Shown here in pieces: positions 19,431 through 29,385 of a stretch of 64,000 nt of DNA; position 1 is the first letter of the stretch, and each line of letters opens with the position of its first letter. This DNA comes from Candidatus Nomurabacteria bacterium RIFCSPHIGHO2_01_FULL_37_25. Lineage in GTDB: Bacteria; Patescibacteriota; Minisyncoccia; Phycocordibacterales; UBA9973. The notes under the pieces are model-generated. The model was not told where the DNA came from, ran no database searches, and saw only the letters and a list, made by a program, of their open reading frames with translations. The position numbers were made by a program, and so were the translations under genes. The stretch lies in contig MFTH01000015.1 in assembly GCA_001786765.1 (NCBI GenBank), forward strand, positions 1,548 through 65,547, read 5' to 3'.

Positions 19431-20981
19431 ATGCCAAAGCCAAATCGAGTTCAAATAATAAAATACGGACCTCCGCCACCAGAATTACCTGTTTTTGGCA
19501 AGGTAAAACCGGAAGATGTTTCTTTTATTGGGCGGACAAATTATGTGGCTTCACTGGAAGAAAAGAAGTTTATTTTTGGCATTAAGCGAATAGACAGAAG
19601 ACGCCACCTTTATATCATAGGGAAGTCAGGTGTGGGTAAAACCAAGCTTCTCGAGCTCATGCTTCGACAGGATATTACGTACAAGCATGGGCTTTGCCTG
19701 ATTGACCCACACGGAGATGTGATAGAAGCAATGCTTGACTACATACCAAAAGAACGCATTGAGGACGTCTGCATAATAGACCCCACTGACCTTGATTTTC
19801 CAGCTTCTTTTAATCCGCTCGCGAATGTTGATCCATTATTCAAATTTCAACTAACTCAAGGATTAATCGAAGTTTTTCAAAAACAATTTGGAGCAAACTG
19901 GACACCAAGACTGGAGCACGTTTTCCGTTTTACTTGTCTCGCGCTTTTAGATTATCCGCATGCCACTATGCGCGGAATGATATCTATGCTAACAGATAGA
20001 AATTATCGGCAGAAGGTGGTGGAATATATTACGGACGACATGGTAAAAAGATTCTTCGCTATAGAATTCGCCGATTGGTCTGAAAAATTTGACACCGACG
20101 CCATCATTCCTTTAGTAAATAAACTCGGGCAGTTTCTTTCTGACCCGCTACTACGCAATATTTTTGGACAAAAGCAAAACAAGATAGATATCAGTAAATT
20201 GATGAATGATGAGAAAATTATTTTGATTAATCTTTCAAAAGGTCGCCTCGGTGAAGAAAACTCTTCTTTCCTCGGTTCTATATTTTTAACCAAGATCAAA
20301 CAAGCTGGTATGGAACGCGCCGCTATCCCTGAAAAAGAACGCAAGGACTTTTATATATATGTAGATGAGTTTCAAAATGTGGTAACGCAAACATTTGAAA
20401 ATATTCTCTCTGAAGCGCGCAAATACGGACTCAACCTTACTATGGCGCATCAGTATGTAGGTCAGATTATTACTAAGGTTCATCAAGCTGTGCTCGGCAA
20501 TTGTGGAAGCATCATAACCTTCCGCGTTGGCGGGGAAGACGCAGTTAAGATGAAACCCGAATTCTCTCCACTATTTGATGTGAAGGATATGATTAATCTT
20601 GCCGTGGCGGAATTCTACATAAAAATGACAATAGACGGTGAATCCTATGATCCATTTTCAGCCGAGACTCTACGGGTATTACCTCCAACTCATCCATCAT
20701 ATAAACAAGAAATAATTGACTCATCTCGTAGAAAATATTCTATTCCAAAAGGGGATGCGGCTAAACTCATTGCTGAAGAAGAAGCTACGATAATCAGAAG
20801 CGCAGAAGAAAAAGCGATTATTGAGAGTAAGGCTAAAAGGCTTGCCCGTAGCGCTACGTCCGAAGAAAAAGAGGGGAATGGGGTGGAAGCCCCAACGCTT
20901 GAAGAGGTCGGGGTCCCGACCGAAAGCGTCGGGGAAAAACCTAACCCAAAAACTTCGCAAGAAGCGGAGCCTATGATATAA
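19431..20981 (+). CDS. soluble T4CP/TrwB-like P-loop ATPase, paralog 2
   Basis: GKSGVGKT, DPHGD, IYVDEFQNV; shares long blocks with 14961-16970 (e.g. GQFLS.P.LRNI.GQ, SKGR.GE.NSS.LG); the C-terminus carries a GC-rich repeat. Confidence 0.6.
   Translation: MPKPNRVQIIKYGPPPPELPVFGKVKPEDVSFIGRTNYVASLEEKKFIFGIKRIDRRRHLYIIGKSGVGKTKLLELMLRQDITYKHGLCLIDPHGDVIEAMLDYIPKERIEDVCIIDPTDLDFPASFNPLANVDPLFKFQLTQGLIEVFQKQFGANWTPRLEHVFRFTCLALLDYPHATMRGMISMLTDRNYRQKVVEYITDDMVKRFFAIEFADWSEKFDTDAIIPLVNKLGQFLSDPLLRNIFGQKQNKIDISKLMNDEKIILINLSKGRLGEENSSFLGSIFLTKIKQAGMERAAIPEKERKDFYIYVDEFQNVVTQTFENILSEARKYGLNLTMAHQYVGQIITKVHQAVLGNCGSIITFRVGGEDAVKMKPEFSPLFDVKDMINLAVAEFYIKMTIDGESYDPFSAETLRVLPPTHPSYKQEIIDSSRRKYSIPKGDAAKLIAEEEATIIRSAEEKAIIESKAKRLARSATSEEKEGNGVEAPTLEEVGVPTESVGEKPNPKTSQEAEPMI
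20904..20935 (+). repeat. Family C3 GC-rich hairpin (gaggtcggggtcccgaccgaaagcgtcgggga), in frame at the C-terminus of ATPase paralog 2
   Basis: Encodes VGVPTESVGEK; same element in recR (25871-25917) encodes VGVPTASVGNK. Confidence 0.75.
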
Positions 20982-21020
20982 AAATTTTGATTTTTTAGTA
21001 TAATTTGATAATATAAAATT

Positions 21021-22121
21021 ATGAATAAAGATTATTACAATACCTTGGGTGTTAATAAGACTGCCTCAAAAGACGAAATAAAAAAGGCTTTTTATAAATT
21101 GGCGCATAAATATCATCCTGATAAAAAAGAAGGTAATGAGGCGAAATTTAAGCAAGTAAATGAGGCTTATCAGGTTCTTTCAGATGACACTAAGCGCTCC
21201 AAATACGATCAGTACGGGGCGGGTTTTGAAAATATAGGACAGGGATATGGCGGAGGTCAGCAAGGTGGCTTTGGTGGTTTTGATTTTTCTGGTGCTGGAG
21301 GTTTTGGAAATGGCAATGCTGAATTTGATTTTGCCAATCTGAATGATATTTTTAGTGATTTCTTTGGTGGTGGCGCGAGTCAAACGAGGAGGGAAGTAAG
21401 ACGAGGCCGAGATATTTCAACGGAAATCCAAATCTCTTTTTCTGATTCTATTTTTGGCGCTAATAGAAAAATTTTAATTACTAAAACATCAAATTGTCTG
21501 ACATGTCATGGTTCTGGAGCAAAAACAGGTTCGGGGGTGGTAACTTGTAAAACTTGCAATGGCCAAGGTCATGTTCGTGAATCAAAAAGAACAATTTTTG
21601 GAAATATTGCGAGTACAAAAATTTGTGAAATTTGTCTGGGAACAGGGGAAATACCTAAAGAGGTTTGTGAGACATGCAGAGGTAAAGGTGTCTTGCGTCG
21701 TGAAGAAGAAGTTTCAATTGTTATTCCAGCCGGGATAAGAGATGGAGAGATGATTCGAATGACAGGTTATGGTGAAGCAGTTTCAAAAGGAACAGCTGGT
21801 GACCTTTATATAAAAATAAATGTGGCGCCACACGCCGTATTCAAGCGTGATGGTAGCGATCTAGTGATGAATTTGAATTTAAAACTTTCTGACGCCCTTC
21901 TAGGCGCAGAATATCCAATTCAAACCTTAGATGGTGAAATCAAGGTTACTATTCCAGAAGGTGTATCAATAAACGAAATTCTTCGCGTCAGAGGCAAAGG
22001 TGTGCCAACAGCCAAAAATAGACGCGGGGATCTTCTCATTAAACTCAACATAAAACTTCCTTCAAAAATTTCTCGCAAATCTCGCGAACTAATAGAAGAA
22101 CTAAAAAAAGAGGGCGTGTAA
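21021..22121 (+). CDS. dnaJ: chaperone DnaJ
   Basis: J-domain with HPD (YHPDKK), G/F-rich region, four CxxCxGxG zinc-finger repeats. Confidence 0.9.
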   Translation: MNKDYYNTLGVNKTASKDEIKKAFYKLAHKYHPDKKEGNEAKFKQVNEAYQVLSDDTKRSKYDQYGAGFENIGQGYGGGQQGGFGGFDFSGAGGFGNGNAEFDFANLNDIFSDFFGGGASQTRREVRRGRDISTEIQISFSDSIFGANRKILITKTSNCLTCHGSGAKTGSGVVTCKTCNGQGHVRESKRTIFGNIASTKICEICLGTGEIPKEVCETCRGKGVLRREEEVSIVIPAGIRDGEMIRMTGYGEAVSKGTAGDLYIKINVAPHAVFKRDGSDLVMNLNLKLSDALLGAEYPIQTLDGEIKVTIPEGVSINEILRVRGKGVPTAKNRRGDLLIKLNIKLPSKISRKSRELIEELKKEGV

Positions 22122-22124
22122 AAG

Positions 22125-22706
22125 ATGCTTCCTGAAAAAATTATCTATATTAGTTTAGTCATAACCTTAGTAGCATATTTTTTCTATTTCAAAGATATAC
22201 TTTTGGGAAATACTAAACCAAATTTAGTTTCGTGGTTTTTGTGGATGTTGGGGCCATTTCTTGGTGTATTTTTTCAAATTAAAGCTGGAGCGGGGCTTTC
22301 TGTAATTCCCGTATTTATTGCTGGTTTTGGACCTTTGCTTGTTGTTATTTTTACTGTTTTTAGAAAAAACGCATATTGGAAATTAAATATTTTAGATTTA
22401 TTTTGTGGAATATTTTCTATACTCGCATTAGTATTGTATGTTGTGACACATAATTTAGCATTATCAATTATTTTTGCAATTTTGAGCGACTTTTGGGCTT
22501 TCATACCAACTTATATAAAAGGATGGAAATTCCCGGAAACTGAAACAGCGAGTGTTTACTTGTCAGGTATATTTAATAATATTTTGGGTTTGCTTATTAT
22601 AAAAAATTGGTCTTTTACCATATATTCATTTGGGGTGTACCTAATAATTGCTAATATTATTATGGTTTATTTTTTATACAGAAAAAAGATTTTTAAACAA
22701 CTATGA
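22125..22706 (+). CDS. polytopic membrane protein, hypothetical
   Basis: Several hydrophobic helices; no motif recognised. Confidence 0.4.
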   Translation: MLPEKIIYISLVITLVAYFFYFKDILLGNTKPNLVSWFLWMLGPFLGVFFQIKAGAGLSVIPVFIAGFGPLLVVIFTVFRKNAYWKLNILDLFCGIFSILALVLYVVTHNLALSIIFAILSDFWAFIPTYIKGWKFPETETASVYLSGIFNNILGLLIIKNWSFTIYSFGVYLIIANIIMVYFLYRKKIFKQL

Positions 22707-23602
22707 CAGAAAATTATTTAGAAAAAAGAAAAATGAAAGTAAAAGTTTTTAGATTAAATTCTTTTACTAACACTCCAGAAGGTGGCAATCCTGCAGGAGT
22801 TGTTCTGGATGCGAAAGGTCTCTCAGAAGAACAAATGCTCTCTACAGCCCAAGCTGTTGGTTTTTCAGAAACTGCTTTTGTAACAGAATCAAACAAAGCA
22901 GATTTTAAAGTTAGATTTTTTACTCCAACAGATGAAGTAGATATTTGCGGTCATGCTACCATAGCAACTTTTTCCTTTATGCACACAAATCATCAAATTA
23001 AAAATGGAAATTACACACAGGAAACCAAGGCCGGGATTTTAGGGATTGAGATACAAAATGATGGAACAGTATTCATGAGTCAAAATGCACCAGAATATTT
23101 TGAAGAATTAGATAAAACTGAAATTGCTGATAGTTTAAACATCCCTCCAGAATATCTGGATAATGAATTACCCATTCAGATTGTTTCAACCGGAGCGAGA
23201 GATATTTTTATTCCAATTAAATCGCTTCATTATTTATCGGAAATAAAGCCAGACATGGAAAAAATTGCAAATATTTGTAAAAAACATACAGCAATTAGCT
23301 ATCATATTTTTACCCTTGACTTATTACAGAAAAGTACTGCACACTGTAGAAATTTTGCTCCATTATATGGTATCCCAGAAGACTCCGCTACGGGAATTTC
23401 TACCGGAGCCTTAGCTTGTTATTTATTTAAGCATGGAAAGATTGAAAATAGTCAGCTATCTAAACTAGTTTTTGAACAAGGTGAATCTATGGGTAAACCG
23501 TCTGAAATATTAGTAAAATTAGTTGTTTCAGATGAAGAAATCAAGGAAGTGAAAGTAGGAGGCAAAGCAATTATTTCAAAAGAATTAGAAATTGAGGTTT
23601 GA
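22703..23602 (+). CDS. PhzF-family isomerase-like protein
   Basis: N-terminal VFRLNSFTNTPEGGNPAGVV and overall length match the PhzF/DAP-epimerase-like fold. Confidence 0.7.
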   Translation: MTENYLEKRKMKVKVFRLNSFTNTPEGGNPAGVVLDAKGLSEEQMLSTAQAVGFSETAFVTESNKADFKVRFFTPTDEVDICGHATIATFSFMHTNHQIKNGNYTQETKAGILGIEIQNDGTVFMSQNAPEYFEELDKTEIADSLNIPPEYLDNELPIQIVSTGARDIFIPIKSLHYLSEIKPDMEKIANICKKHTAISYHIFTLDLLQKSTAHCRNFAPLYGIPEDSATGISTGALACYLFKHGKIENSQLSKLVFEQGESMGKPSEILVKLVVSDEEIKEVKVGGKAIISKELEIEV

Positions 23603-23663
23603 AAAACATGTATTAAAACAAAAGTCTTGTTGTTAATTTTTGCATATGCGCGATTTAAAAACA

Positions 23664-25040
23664 CTAAATTTTAGAAACTTTCTGCCCTTCTGGCGTATCT
23701 GTTACTTCGTATCCTAGGGAATTTATTTTTTTTCTAAGTTCATCGGATTTTGTGAAATCTTTATTTTGACGAGCTTGTTCTCGTTCTTCTATTAGTTCTT
23801 GTATCTCTTTTGGGATTTTTTCTGTTCTTATTTTTTCTATATCTTTCTTTGTTTGTTCAAATCCAAGTCCTAGCACTTTATCAAAGTCTAAAACTGTAGC
23901 TTTTTTGTCATCATTAGAAATATTTTCATCTTTGAGAATATCCCACAAAACGGTTAAAGCCTTTGGAGTATCTAGATCATCTTCTATACATTCTTTGAAT
24001 TTTTTCTGATATTCTTTATTAATTTTCCCAATATCCTTCCCGAGTCCTATGTATAGATTATAAAGGCGTTTTAAGGCTGTTTCTGCGCCCTCTAAGGCTT
24101 CCCAGACGAAATTCACCCTAGTGCGGTAGTTTGCCATCAAAAGCCAAAATCTGTAAGCTATGGGATTTATATCTCTATTTATAATATCTTTTAGAACATA
24201 GAAATTATTCTTGGATTTGGCCATTTTTTTCTTATCTACCAATAACCACTCATTATGCATCCAATACTTTACAAAATGCTTCCCGGTTACGCCTTCGGAT
24301 TGGGCAATTTCATTTTCATGATGAGGAAATATATTATCCACTCCGCCTGTGTGTAGGTCTATTTGTTCTCCAAGATTTGCCATAGACATTGCTGAACATT
24401 CGATGTGCCAACCCGGACGGCCTTTACCTAAAGTTGTTTTCCAAAAAACATCGCCATCTGTTTTATCCCAAGATTTCCAAAGAGCAAAGTCTTGCGCATT
24501 ATCCTTACCATATTCATCAGACTTGATTCTACCTGACGCATTCTCTTTCTGATTTTCCAGTATCAAACCAGATAGCTTGCCATAGTTCTTGAACTTTCTG
24601 ATGTTAAAGTACACAGACGCTTCTTCACTTTTGTAAGCCAAACCTTTTTTAAGCAGTTTTTTTATGATATCAACCATCTCGTGGATATAATCGGTGGCTT
24701 TAGTAAATTTAGTCGGATTTAATATATTGAGAGCTTTTATATCTTTGAAAAATTTTTCTGCATAGAATTGAGTAAATTCCTGTAGCGACTTTCCTTCGTT
24801 TTGCGAATTGCGAATAGTTTTATCATCAACATCAGTCAAATTCATTATATGTTTAACTTTATATCCTTCATACAATAAAACTCTTTTTAAGGTGTCAGCG
24901 AAAATATATGACCTATAATTCCCAATATGAGCATAATCATAGACTGTCGGTCCGCAGGTATACATCCTGACTTCTTTTTTATTGATAGGGGAGAAGTTTT
25001 CTTTTTTATGTGTTAAGGTGTTAAAGAATCTTAAAGCCAT
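23664..25040 (-). CDS. cysS: cysteinyl-tRNA synthetase
   Basis: MYTCGPTVYDYAHIGN (HIGH region) and KMAKSKNN (KMSKS). Confidence 0.9.
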   Translation of the reverse strand: MALRFFNTLTHKKENFSPINKKEVRMYTCGPTVYDYAHIGNYRSYIFADTLKRVLLYEGYKVKHIMNLTDVDDKTIRNSQNEGKSLQEFTQFYAEKFFKDIKALNILNPTKFTKATDYIHEMVDIIKKLLKKGLAYKSEEASVYFNIRKFKNYGKLSGLILENQKENASGRIKSDEYGKDNAQDFALWKSWDKTDGDVFWKTTLGKGRPGWHIECSAMSMANLGEQIDLHTGGVDNIFPHHENEIAQSEGVTGKHFVKYWMHNEWLLVDKKKMAKSKNNFYVLKDIINRDINPIAYRFWLLMANYRTRVNFVWEALEGAETALKRLYNLYIGLGKDIGKINKEYQKKFKECIEDDLDTPKALTVLWDILKDENISNDDKKATVLDFDKVLGLGFEQTKKDIEKIRTEKIPKEIQELIEEREQARQNKDFTKSDELRKKINSLGYEVTDTPEGQKVSKI

Positions 25041-25097
25041 TCTTATATATTAAGACATATTTGCTTTTTTTACAAATTTTGTATAATATAAATCAAT

Positions 25098-25424
25098 ATG
25101 AATACAGAGGAATTTGCAATCATACAAACAGGCGGAAAACAATATAAAGTCTCCAAAGGGAGCCTTGTTTTGATTGAAAAAATTAAAGGAAAATACACTA
25201 AAGGAGATAAGATTTCTTTTGATAAGGTTTTACTTGTTGATGATGGTAAAAATACAACTATAGGCACTCCTTATATAACAGGCGCTAAAGTAGATGCGGA
25301 AATTATAGAAATTAGCCGGACTAGAAAAATTCTCGTTGTAAAATACAAACAAAAATCTCGCTACTTACGTCGCAACGGTCACCGTCAGCCGTTTTTTAAA
25401 GTAAAGATACTTTCAATAAAATAA
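25098..25424 (+). CDS. rplU: 50S ribosomal protein L21
   Basis: FAIIQTGGKQYKV typical L21. Confidence 0.85.
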   Translation: MNTEEFAIIQTGGKQYKVSKGSLVLIEKIKGKYTKGDKISFDKVLLVDDGKNTTIGTPYITGAKVDAEIIEISRTRKILVVKYKQKSRYLRRNGHRQPFFKVKILSIK

Positions 25425-25452
25425 AAAATGTCGATATAAAAATCGACATTTT

Positions 25453-26100
25453 TTATTGTCTATTCTTCAGAGCATTTTTGAGAGTGTCATTGTCGGAGTA
25501 TTCGAGTTCGGTGCCAGTGGAAAGCCCTTTACCGAGAGAGGAAATTTTGATGCCAGATTTTTCTGCCGTATCTTTAAGTTGTTCTCGAATATAAGAATCA
25601 GTATGGTCGCCTTGAGGGCTTAAGGAAAAAGCTAAAATTATTTCTCTCAGTTTATTTGGGTTTTCATCTTTTGATATTTTTTGCTTCAATTCTTCAATCC
25701 TCACTCTATTTTTAGTATTTTTCTCAACAATAGGCACGAGTCCGCCTAAAATAAAATATTTACCATTATAAATTCTACTTTTTTTTACACTCTCTAAATC
25801 AGAGTCTTTTTCAACAATCATCAGAATGGAAGAGTCCATATTTTTATCAGAGCAGATTTCACATATCTTATTCCCGACGCTTGCGGTCGGGACTCCGACC
25901 CTATTAGGGCGTCGGAGAAAAAATCTAAAACATTCTTTACATTGCGATATATCTTTTTTTAAATCTAAAATTAAGCTAGATAAATTTTCTGTATAACCAT
26001 TAGTTCGAGACATTAAAAAATAAACAAAACGTCTTGCTTGCCTCTCTCCAATTCCCGGAAATTCTTTAAAAATTTCAGCTAATTTGTCTATAATATCCAT
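25453..26100 (-). CDS. recR: recombination protein RecR, with a repeat inserted between the two CxxC halves of its zinc finger
   Basis: HhH N-terminus, CKECF...(21 aa)...CEICSD, Toprim region; the start codon abuts element A2. Confidence 0.85.
   Translation of the reverse strand: MDIIDKLAEIFKEFPGIGERQARRFVYFLMSRTNGYTENLSSLILDLKKDISQCKECFRFFLRRPNRVGVPTASVGNKICEICSDKNMDSSILMIVEKDSDLESVKKSRIYNGKYFILGGLVPIVEKNTKNRVRIEELKQKISKDENPNKLREIILAFSLSPQGDHTDSYIREQLKDTAEKSGIKISSLGKGLSTGTELEYSDNDTLKNALKNRQ
25871..25917 (-). repeat. Family C3 GC-rich palindrome (tcccgacgcttgcggtcgggactccgaccctattagggcgtcggag), in frame in recR
   Basis: Self-complementary ends tcccgacgc/gcgtcggag; encodes RRPNRVGVPTASVGNK inside the RecR zinc finger. 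Confidence 0.75.
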
Positions 26101-26222
26101 CCCGTTAGAAGCAGATCGCGATCAATTCACGTATCTGATATTTTATATTATTAACTTTTCCAATATTACTTAATTTCATATTTTGTTTATATTTAAATTG
26201 CGATCGCGGCTTCTAACGGGAT
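26099..26222 (+). repeat. Family A palindromic element, copy A2
   Basis: atcccgttagaagc...gcttctaacgggat; the extended stem gcagatcgcgatca/ttgcgatcgcggc covaries with other copies; the left end overlaps the recR start codon (CAT on the plus strand). Confidence 0.8.
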
Positions 26223-26226
26223 CTAT

Positions 26227-27669
26227 TTAAAATTCATCTAAATCTCCTTTTACTTTTGATGGAGCGAATTCACTAATGTTGCTTTTTTCTAGAGTTTGGA
26301 AAGTCGTAGTTTTTTCATCGAAATAAAGCTCGACTTTTCCAGTAGGGCCATTCCTGTGTTTTTCAATTAGAATTTCAGCGATGTTTGTTTTTTCTGATTC
26401 TTCTTTTCCTTTATCATCCCTATGAATAAACATTACGACATCAGCGTCTTGTTCTATAGACCCTGAATCACGAAGGTCGGAGAGTCTTGGTTTACCACCT
26501 CTTGATTCTACCGCGCGAGAAAGTTGAGAAAGCGCGAGAACTGGCACATTTAGCTCTTTTGCTAAACTTTTCAATGATCTTGAAATTTCTGTCACTTGAT
26601 TGACCATTGAATCGTAGTTTTTTGAAGTTGTCATAAGTTGCAAATAATCAACCACAATAAGGTCAAGTCCTTTTTCCATTTTTAATCTGCGAGAGAGAGC
26701 TTTCATTCTAACAATAGAGTTTCCGGGTTGGTCGTCAATATAGATTTTAGCTTTGGCGAGTTTATCTAATGAATCTCGAAGTTGAGAAAATTCTCTATCA
26801 GAAGACAAACGTCCCGTACGCAAGTTCCAAGCATTTACTCGGCTTTCAGCGGAGAGCATTCTGTCCACTAACTGTTGAGAAGACATCTCTAAAGAAAATA
26901 TTACTACGGATTTTTCATGAGTAGTTGATGCCATGCGAGCAATATCCAGAGCCAAAGTAGTTTTACCCATGCTCGGTCTTGCCGCAATAATAATCAAATC
27001 TGCTTTTTGTAAGCCCGAAAGTATAGTGTCCAAATCTCTAAAACCAGTCGGAAGTCCGCGTAGCATTCCTTTGTGTTCATGCAGTTTTTCAAGACGCTCC
27101 CAAGCTTCCGGTAACGCATCTTTTAAGTTCACAAATTTTTGATTCTTTGGAGATGAAACTACGTTGAAAATTTTCTTTTCTGCCATATCCAGAATGTCAT
27201 TCATATGGTCATCACCCTCTTCAAAAGCAAGCTCTGACACATAGTCTGCCGCTTCTATCAAACTTCTAAGAACATATTTTTTTTGCACGATATCGGCGTA
27301 GTGTTTGACATTAATACTTGAAGGAACAACATTCACTATTTCTGCTAGATAAACATTACCCCCAATATTATCAAGCAACTTCTGCTCATTTAGTTTGGTG
27401 GACAAAGAAAGCATATCTATCGGTTCATTTTTAAGAGAGAGATCTAGCATGGCTTTAAAAATCATTTTATGTTTTTCAACATAAAATGAATCTGGAGACA
27501 AAATATCTTCTACTTCATGCATCGCATCTTTGCGGAGCATTATTGATCCTAAAACCGCTTGTTCTGACTCTATGCTCTGCGGCGGAATGCGTAGATTAGT
27601 TTTATTATTTTTTATTGTATTTTGTTTTCTAGTTACCATATTTTTATTATTGCATTTTAGCATAAACAA
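26227..27669 (-). CDS. dnaB: replicative DNA helicase DnaB
   Basis: Walker A ARPSMGKTTLAL, RecA-like fold motifs, DnaB N-terminal domain. Confidence 0.9.
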   Translation of the reverse strand: MFMLKCNNKNMVTRKQNTIKNNKTNLRIPPQSIESEQAVLGSIMLRKDAMHEVEDILSPDSFYVEKHKMIFKAMLDLSLKNEPIDMLSLSTKLNEQKLLDNIGGNVYLAEIVNVVPSSINVKHYADIVQKKYVLRSLIEAADYVSELAFEEGDDHMNDILDMAEKKIFNVVSSPKNQKFVNLKDALPEAWERLEKLHEHKGMLRGLPTGFRDLDTILSGLQKADLIIIAARPSMGKTTLALDIARMASTTHEKSVVIFSLEMSSQQLVDRMLSAESRVNAWNLRTGRLSSDREFSQLRDSLDKLAKAKIYIDDQPGNSIVRMKALSRRLKMEKGLDLIVVDYLQLMTTSKNYDSMVNQVTEISRSLKSLAKELNVPVLALSQLSRAVESRGGKPRLSDLRDSGSIEQDADVVMFIHRDDKGKEESEKTNIAEILIEKHRNGPTGKVELYFDEKTTTFQTLEKSNISEFAPSKVKGDLDEF

Positions 27670-27716
27670 AAAAATGTCAAAGTTAAAAAGTGCGTAAAAC
27701 TGTTATTAATGTGTGC

Positions 27717-27835
27717 AAAAACTAAAACATAACTTTTGAAGGGGTTTCGAGACTGACGAGCACTGAACTTCAAGATTTTTCAAGACTAATTTTTATTTGA
27801 AAAATCCGTACCGAAAAAAGTTCATGTTTTAGTTT
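27717..27835 (+). repeat. Family B MITE-like element, copy B2 (divergent ends)
   Basis: Core ggggtttcgagactgacgagc...aaaaatccgtacc shared with B1; own inverted ends ctaaaacataactttt/aaaagttcatgttttag. Confidence 0.65.
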
Positions 27836-27861
27836 TTATATTTTTATGTTAAAATCTAACT

Positions 27862-28815
27862 ATGTCTAAAAAAATATCATTATCAGGTATACAACCTTCA
27901 GGGAAACCACATATTGGTAATTATTTTGCCATGATGAAGCAACTAGTAGACCAACAGGAAGAATATGATGTCTATGCTCTTATTGTTGACTATCATGCAA
28001 TGAAATCAGTAAAAAATCCAAAAGTAATGAAAGAAAATATAATAAATGTTGTACTTGATTATTTAGCAATAGGCCTCGACCCAGAAAAAGTAACTTTCTT
28101 TAAACAAAGCGATGTCTCCGAACACACGGAGCTTTGTTGGATTTTTGACACTATTACCACAATGCCATACTTGATGCGCGCGCACGCTTTCAAAGATGCG
28201 CAAGCAAAGAACAAAGAAATTGATGTTGGAACTTTTAATTATCCAGTATTAATGGCGGCTGATATTTTACTCTATAACCCAGATATAATCCCAGTGGGCG
28301 CAGATCAGAAACAACATGTAGAAATAGCGCGAGACATAGCAGAAAAATTCAATAATAACTTTGGTCAAACTTTTAAACTACCTGAAGCGGTGATAATGAA
28401 AGATGTGGCAGTTGTGCCGGGAACCGACGGACGAAAAATGAGCAAAAGTTACAATAACACAATTCCTCTTTTTTCTGAATATGAAGAAATTAAAAAAATA
28501 GTAATGAGTATTGTTACAGATTCAAAAGAGGGAATTCCCAAAAATGTCTATGCAATACACAATCTACTTCGTCCAGCAACAGAGCTTCTGCCTTTATATG
28601 AAAGTAAGGCTGGAAAATATAAGGAATTGAAAGAATTATTGATAGAAGATTTAGAAAAATTTATTGCGCCGCTAAGAGAAAAGCGGAAAGAATTTGCAAA
28701 GGATATTCCAAAAGCTCTGGCAATACTAAAAACAGGCGGCAAAAAAGCTAAAAAAATTGCATCTCTCAAAATGAATGAAGTGCGAGAAAAAATTGGAGTA
28801 AATGTTTATGAGTAA
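27862..28815 (+). CDS. trpS: tryptophanyl-tRNA synthetase
   Basis: HIGN (PSGKPHIGNY) and KMSKS motifs; about 317 aa. Confidence 0.9.
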   Translation: MSKKISLSGIQPSGKPHIGNYFAMMKQLVDQQEEYDVYALIVDYHAMKSVKNPKVMKENIINVVLDYLAIGLDPEKVTFFKQSDVSEHTELCWIFDTITTMPYLMRAHAFKDAQAKNKEIDVGTFNYPVLMAADILLYNPDIIPVGADQKQHVEIARDIAEKFNNNFGQTFKLPEAVIMKDVAVVPGTDGRKMSKSYNNTIPLFSEYEEIKKIVMSIVTDSKEGIPKNVYAIHNLLRPATELLPLYESKAGKYKELKELLIEDLEKFIAPLREKRKEFAKDIPKALAILKTGGKKAKKIASLKMNEVREKIGVNVYE

Positions 28816-28831
28816 TTTCAATAATACAAAT

Positions 28832-28853
28832 ATCAGCGTACTAGTATGCTGAT
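28832..28853 (+). promoter_or_regulatory. 22-bp perfect palindrome ATCAGCGTACTAGTATGCTGAT, candidate TrpR-family operator and/or trpS terminator stem
   Basis: Contains the ACTAGT core of the classical trp operator half-sites; lies 15 nt upstream of the TrpR-like ORF. Confidence 0.45.
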
Positions 28854-28867
28854 ATTTAAAAAATAAA

Positions 28868-29152
28868 ATGAAAAATAATTCTGATCAATACAAAAAGGAA
28901 TTAATTGAAGTAATTTATAAAATTGCCAAAAACAAACAACTTTTGGCGGATTTTATTAGAGATATATTAACGCCTAGAGAATTTGAAAATATTGGAGTAC
29001 GTTGGCAGATAGTGAAGCGTTTGGCAAAAGGGGAGCATCAGACAGCTATTGCGGAAGACCTACATCTTGGAGTAGCGACAGTCACGCGTGGCTCCCGCGA
29101 GATGCGTAAAAAAGAAGGAGGGTTTAGACGCACTCTCAAGATTATCAAATAA
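28868..29152 (+). CDS. TrpR-family (YerC/YecD-like) transcriptional regulator
   Basis: 94 aa; ...LTPREFENIGVRWQIVKRLAKGEHQTAIAEDLHLGVATVTRGSRE fits the TrpR/YerC HTH pattern. Confidence 0.65.
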   Translation: MKNNSDQYKKELIEVIYKIAKNKQLLADFIRDILTPREFENIGVRWQIVKRLAKGEHQTAIAEDLHLGVATVTRGSREMRKKEGGFRRTLKIIK

Positions 29153-29167
29153 AAGTTATCCACATGT

Positions 29168-29198
29168 GAGCAAGTTTTATCCTTGCTTTTATTTTTTA
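29168..29198 (+). terminator. rho-independent terminator (gagcaag..cttgc + TTTTATTTTTT)
   Basis: Stem 29170-29174/29182-29186 followed by a T-run; 16 nt after the TrpR-like stop. Confidence 0.6.
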
Positions 29199-29206
29199 TA
29201 TATACT

Positions 29207-29222
29207 AGCATACTAGTATGCT
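29207..29222 (+). promoter_or_regulatory. second ACTAGT-centred palindrome AGCATACTAGTATGCT
   Basis: Perfect 16-bp palindrome sharing the core CATACTAGTATG with the one at 28832-28853. Confidence 0.4.
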
Positions 29223-29385
29223 GATAATAAGAAAGTTAAAGATTAATAAAGTATATAAAGTATGCGAAGTATGTAAAATCAGAAAATCTTGGTGGGGCGC
29301 AGAGCTTGATGCTTTTGCGCTGTTCTGTTGATTTCTTCAGTCCCTAGAACCTAACCTAGGCACTAACCTATAAGGAATCCATTAA

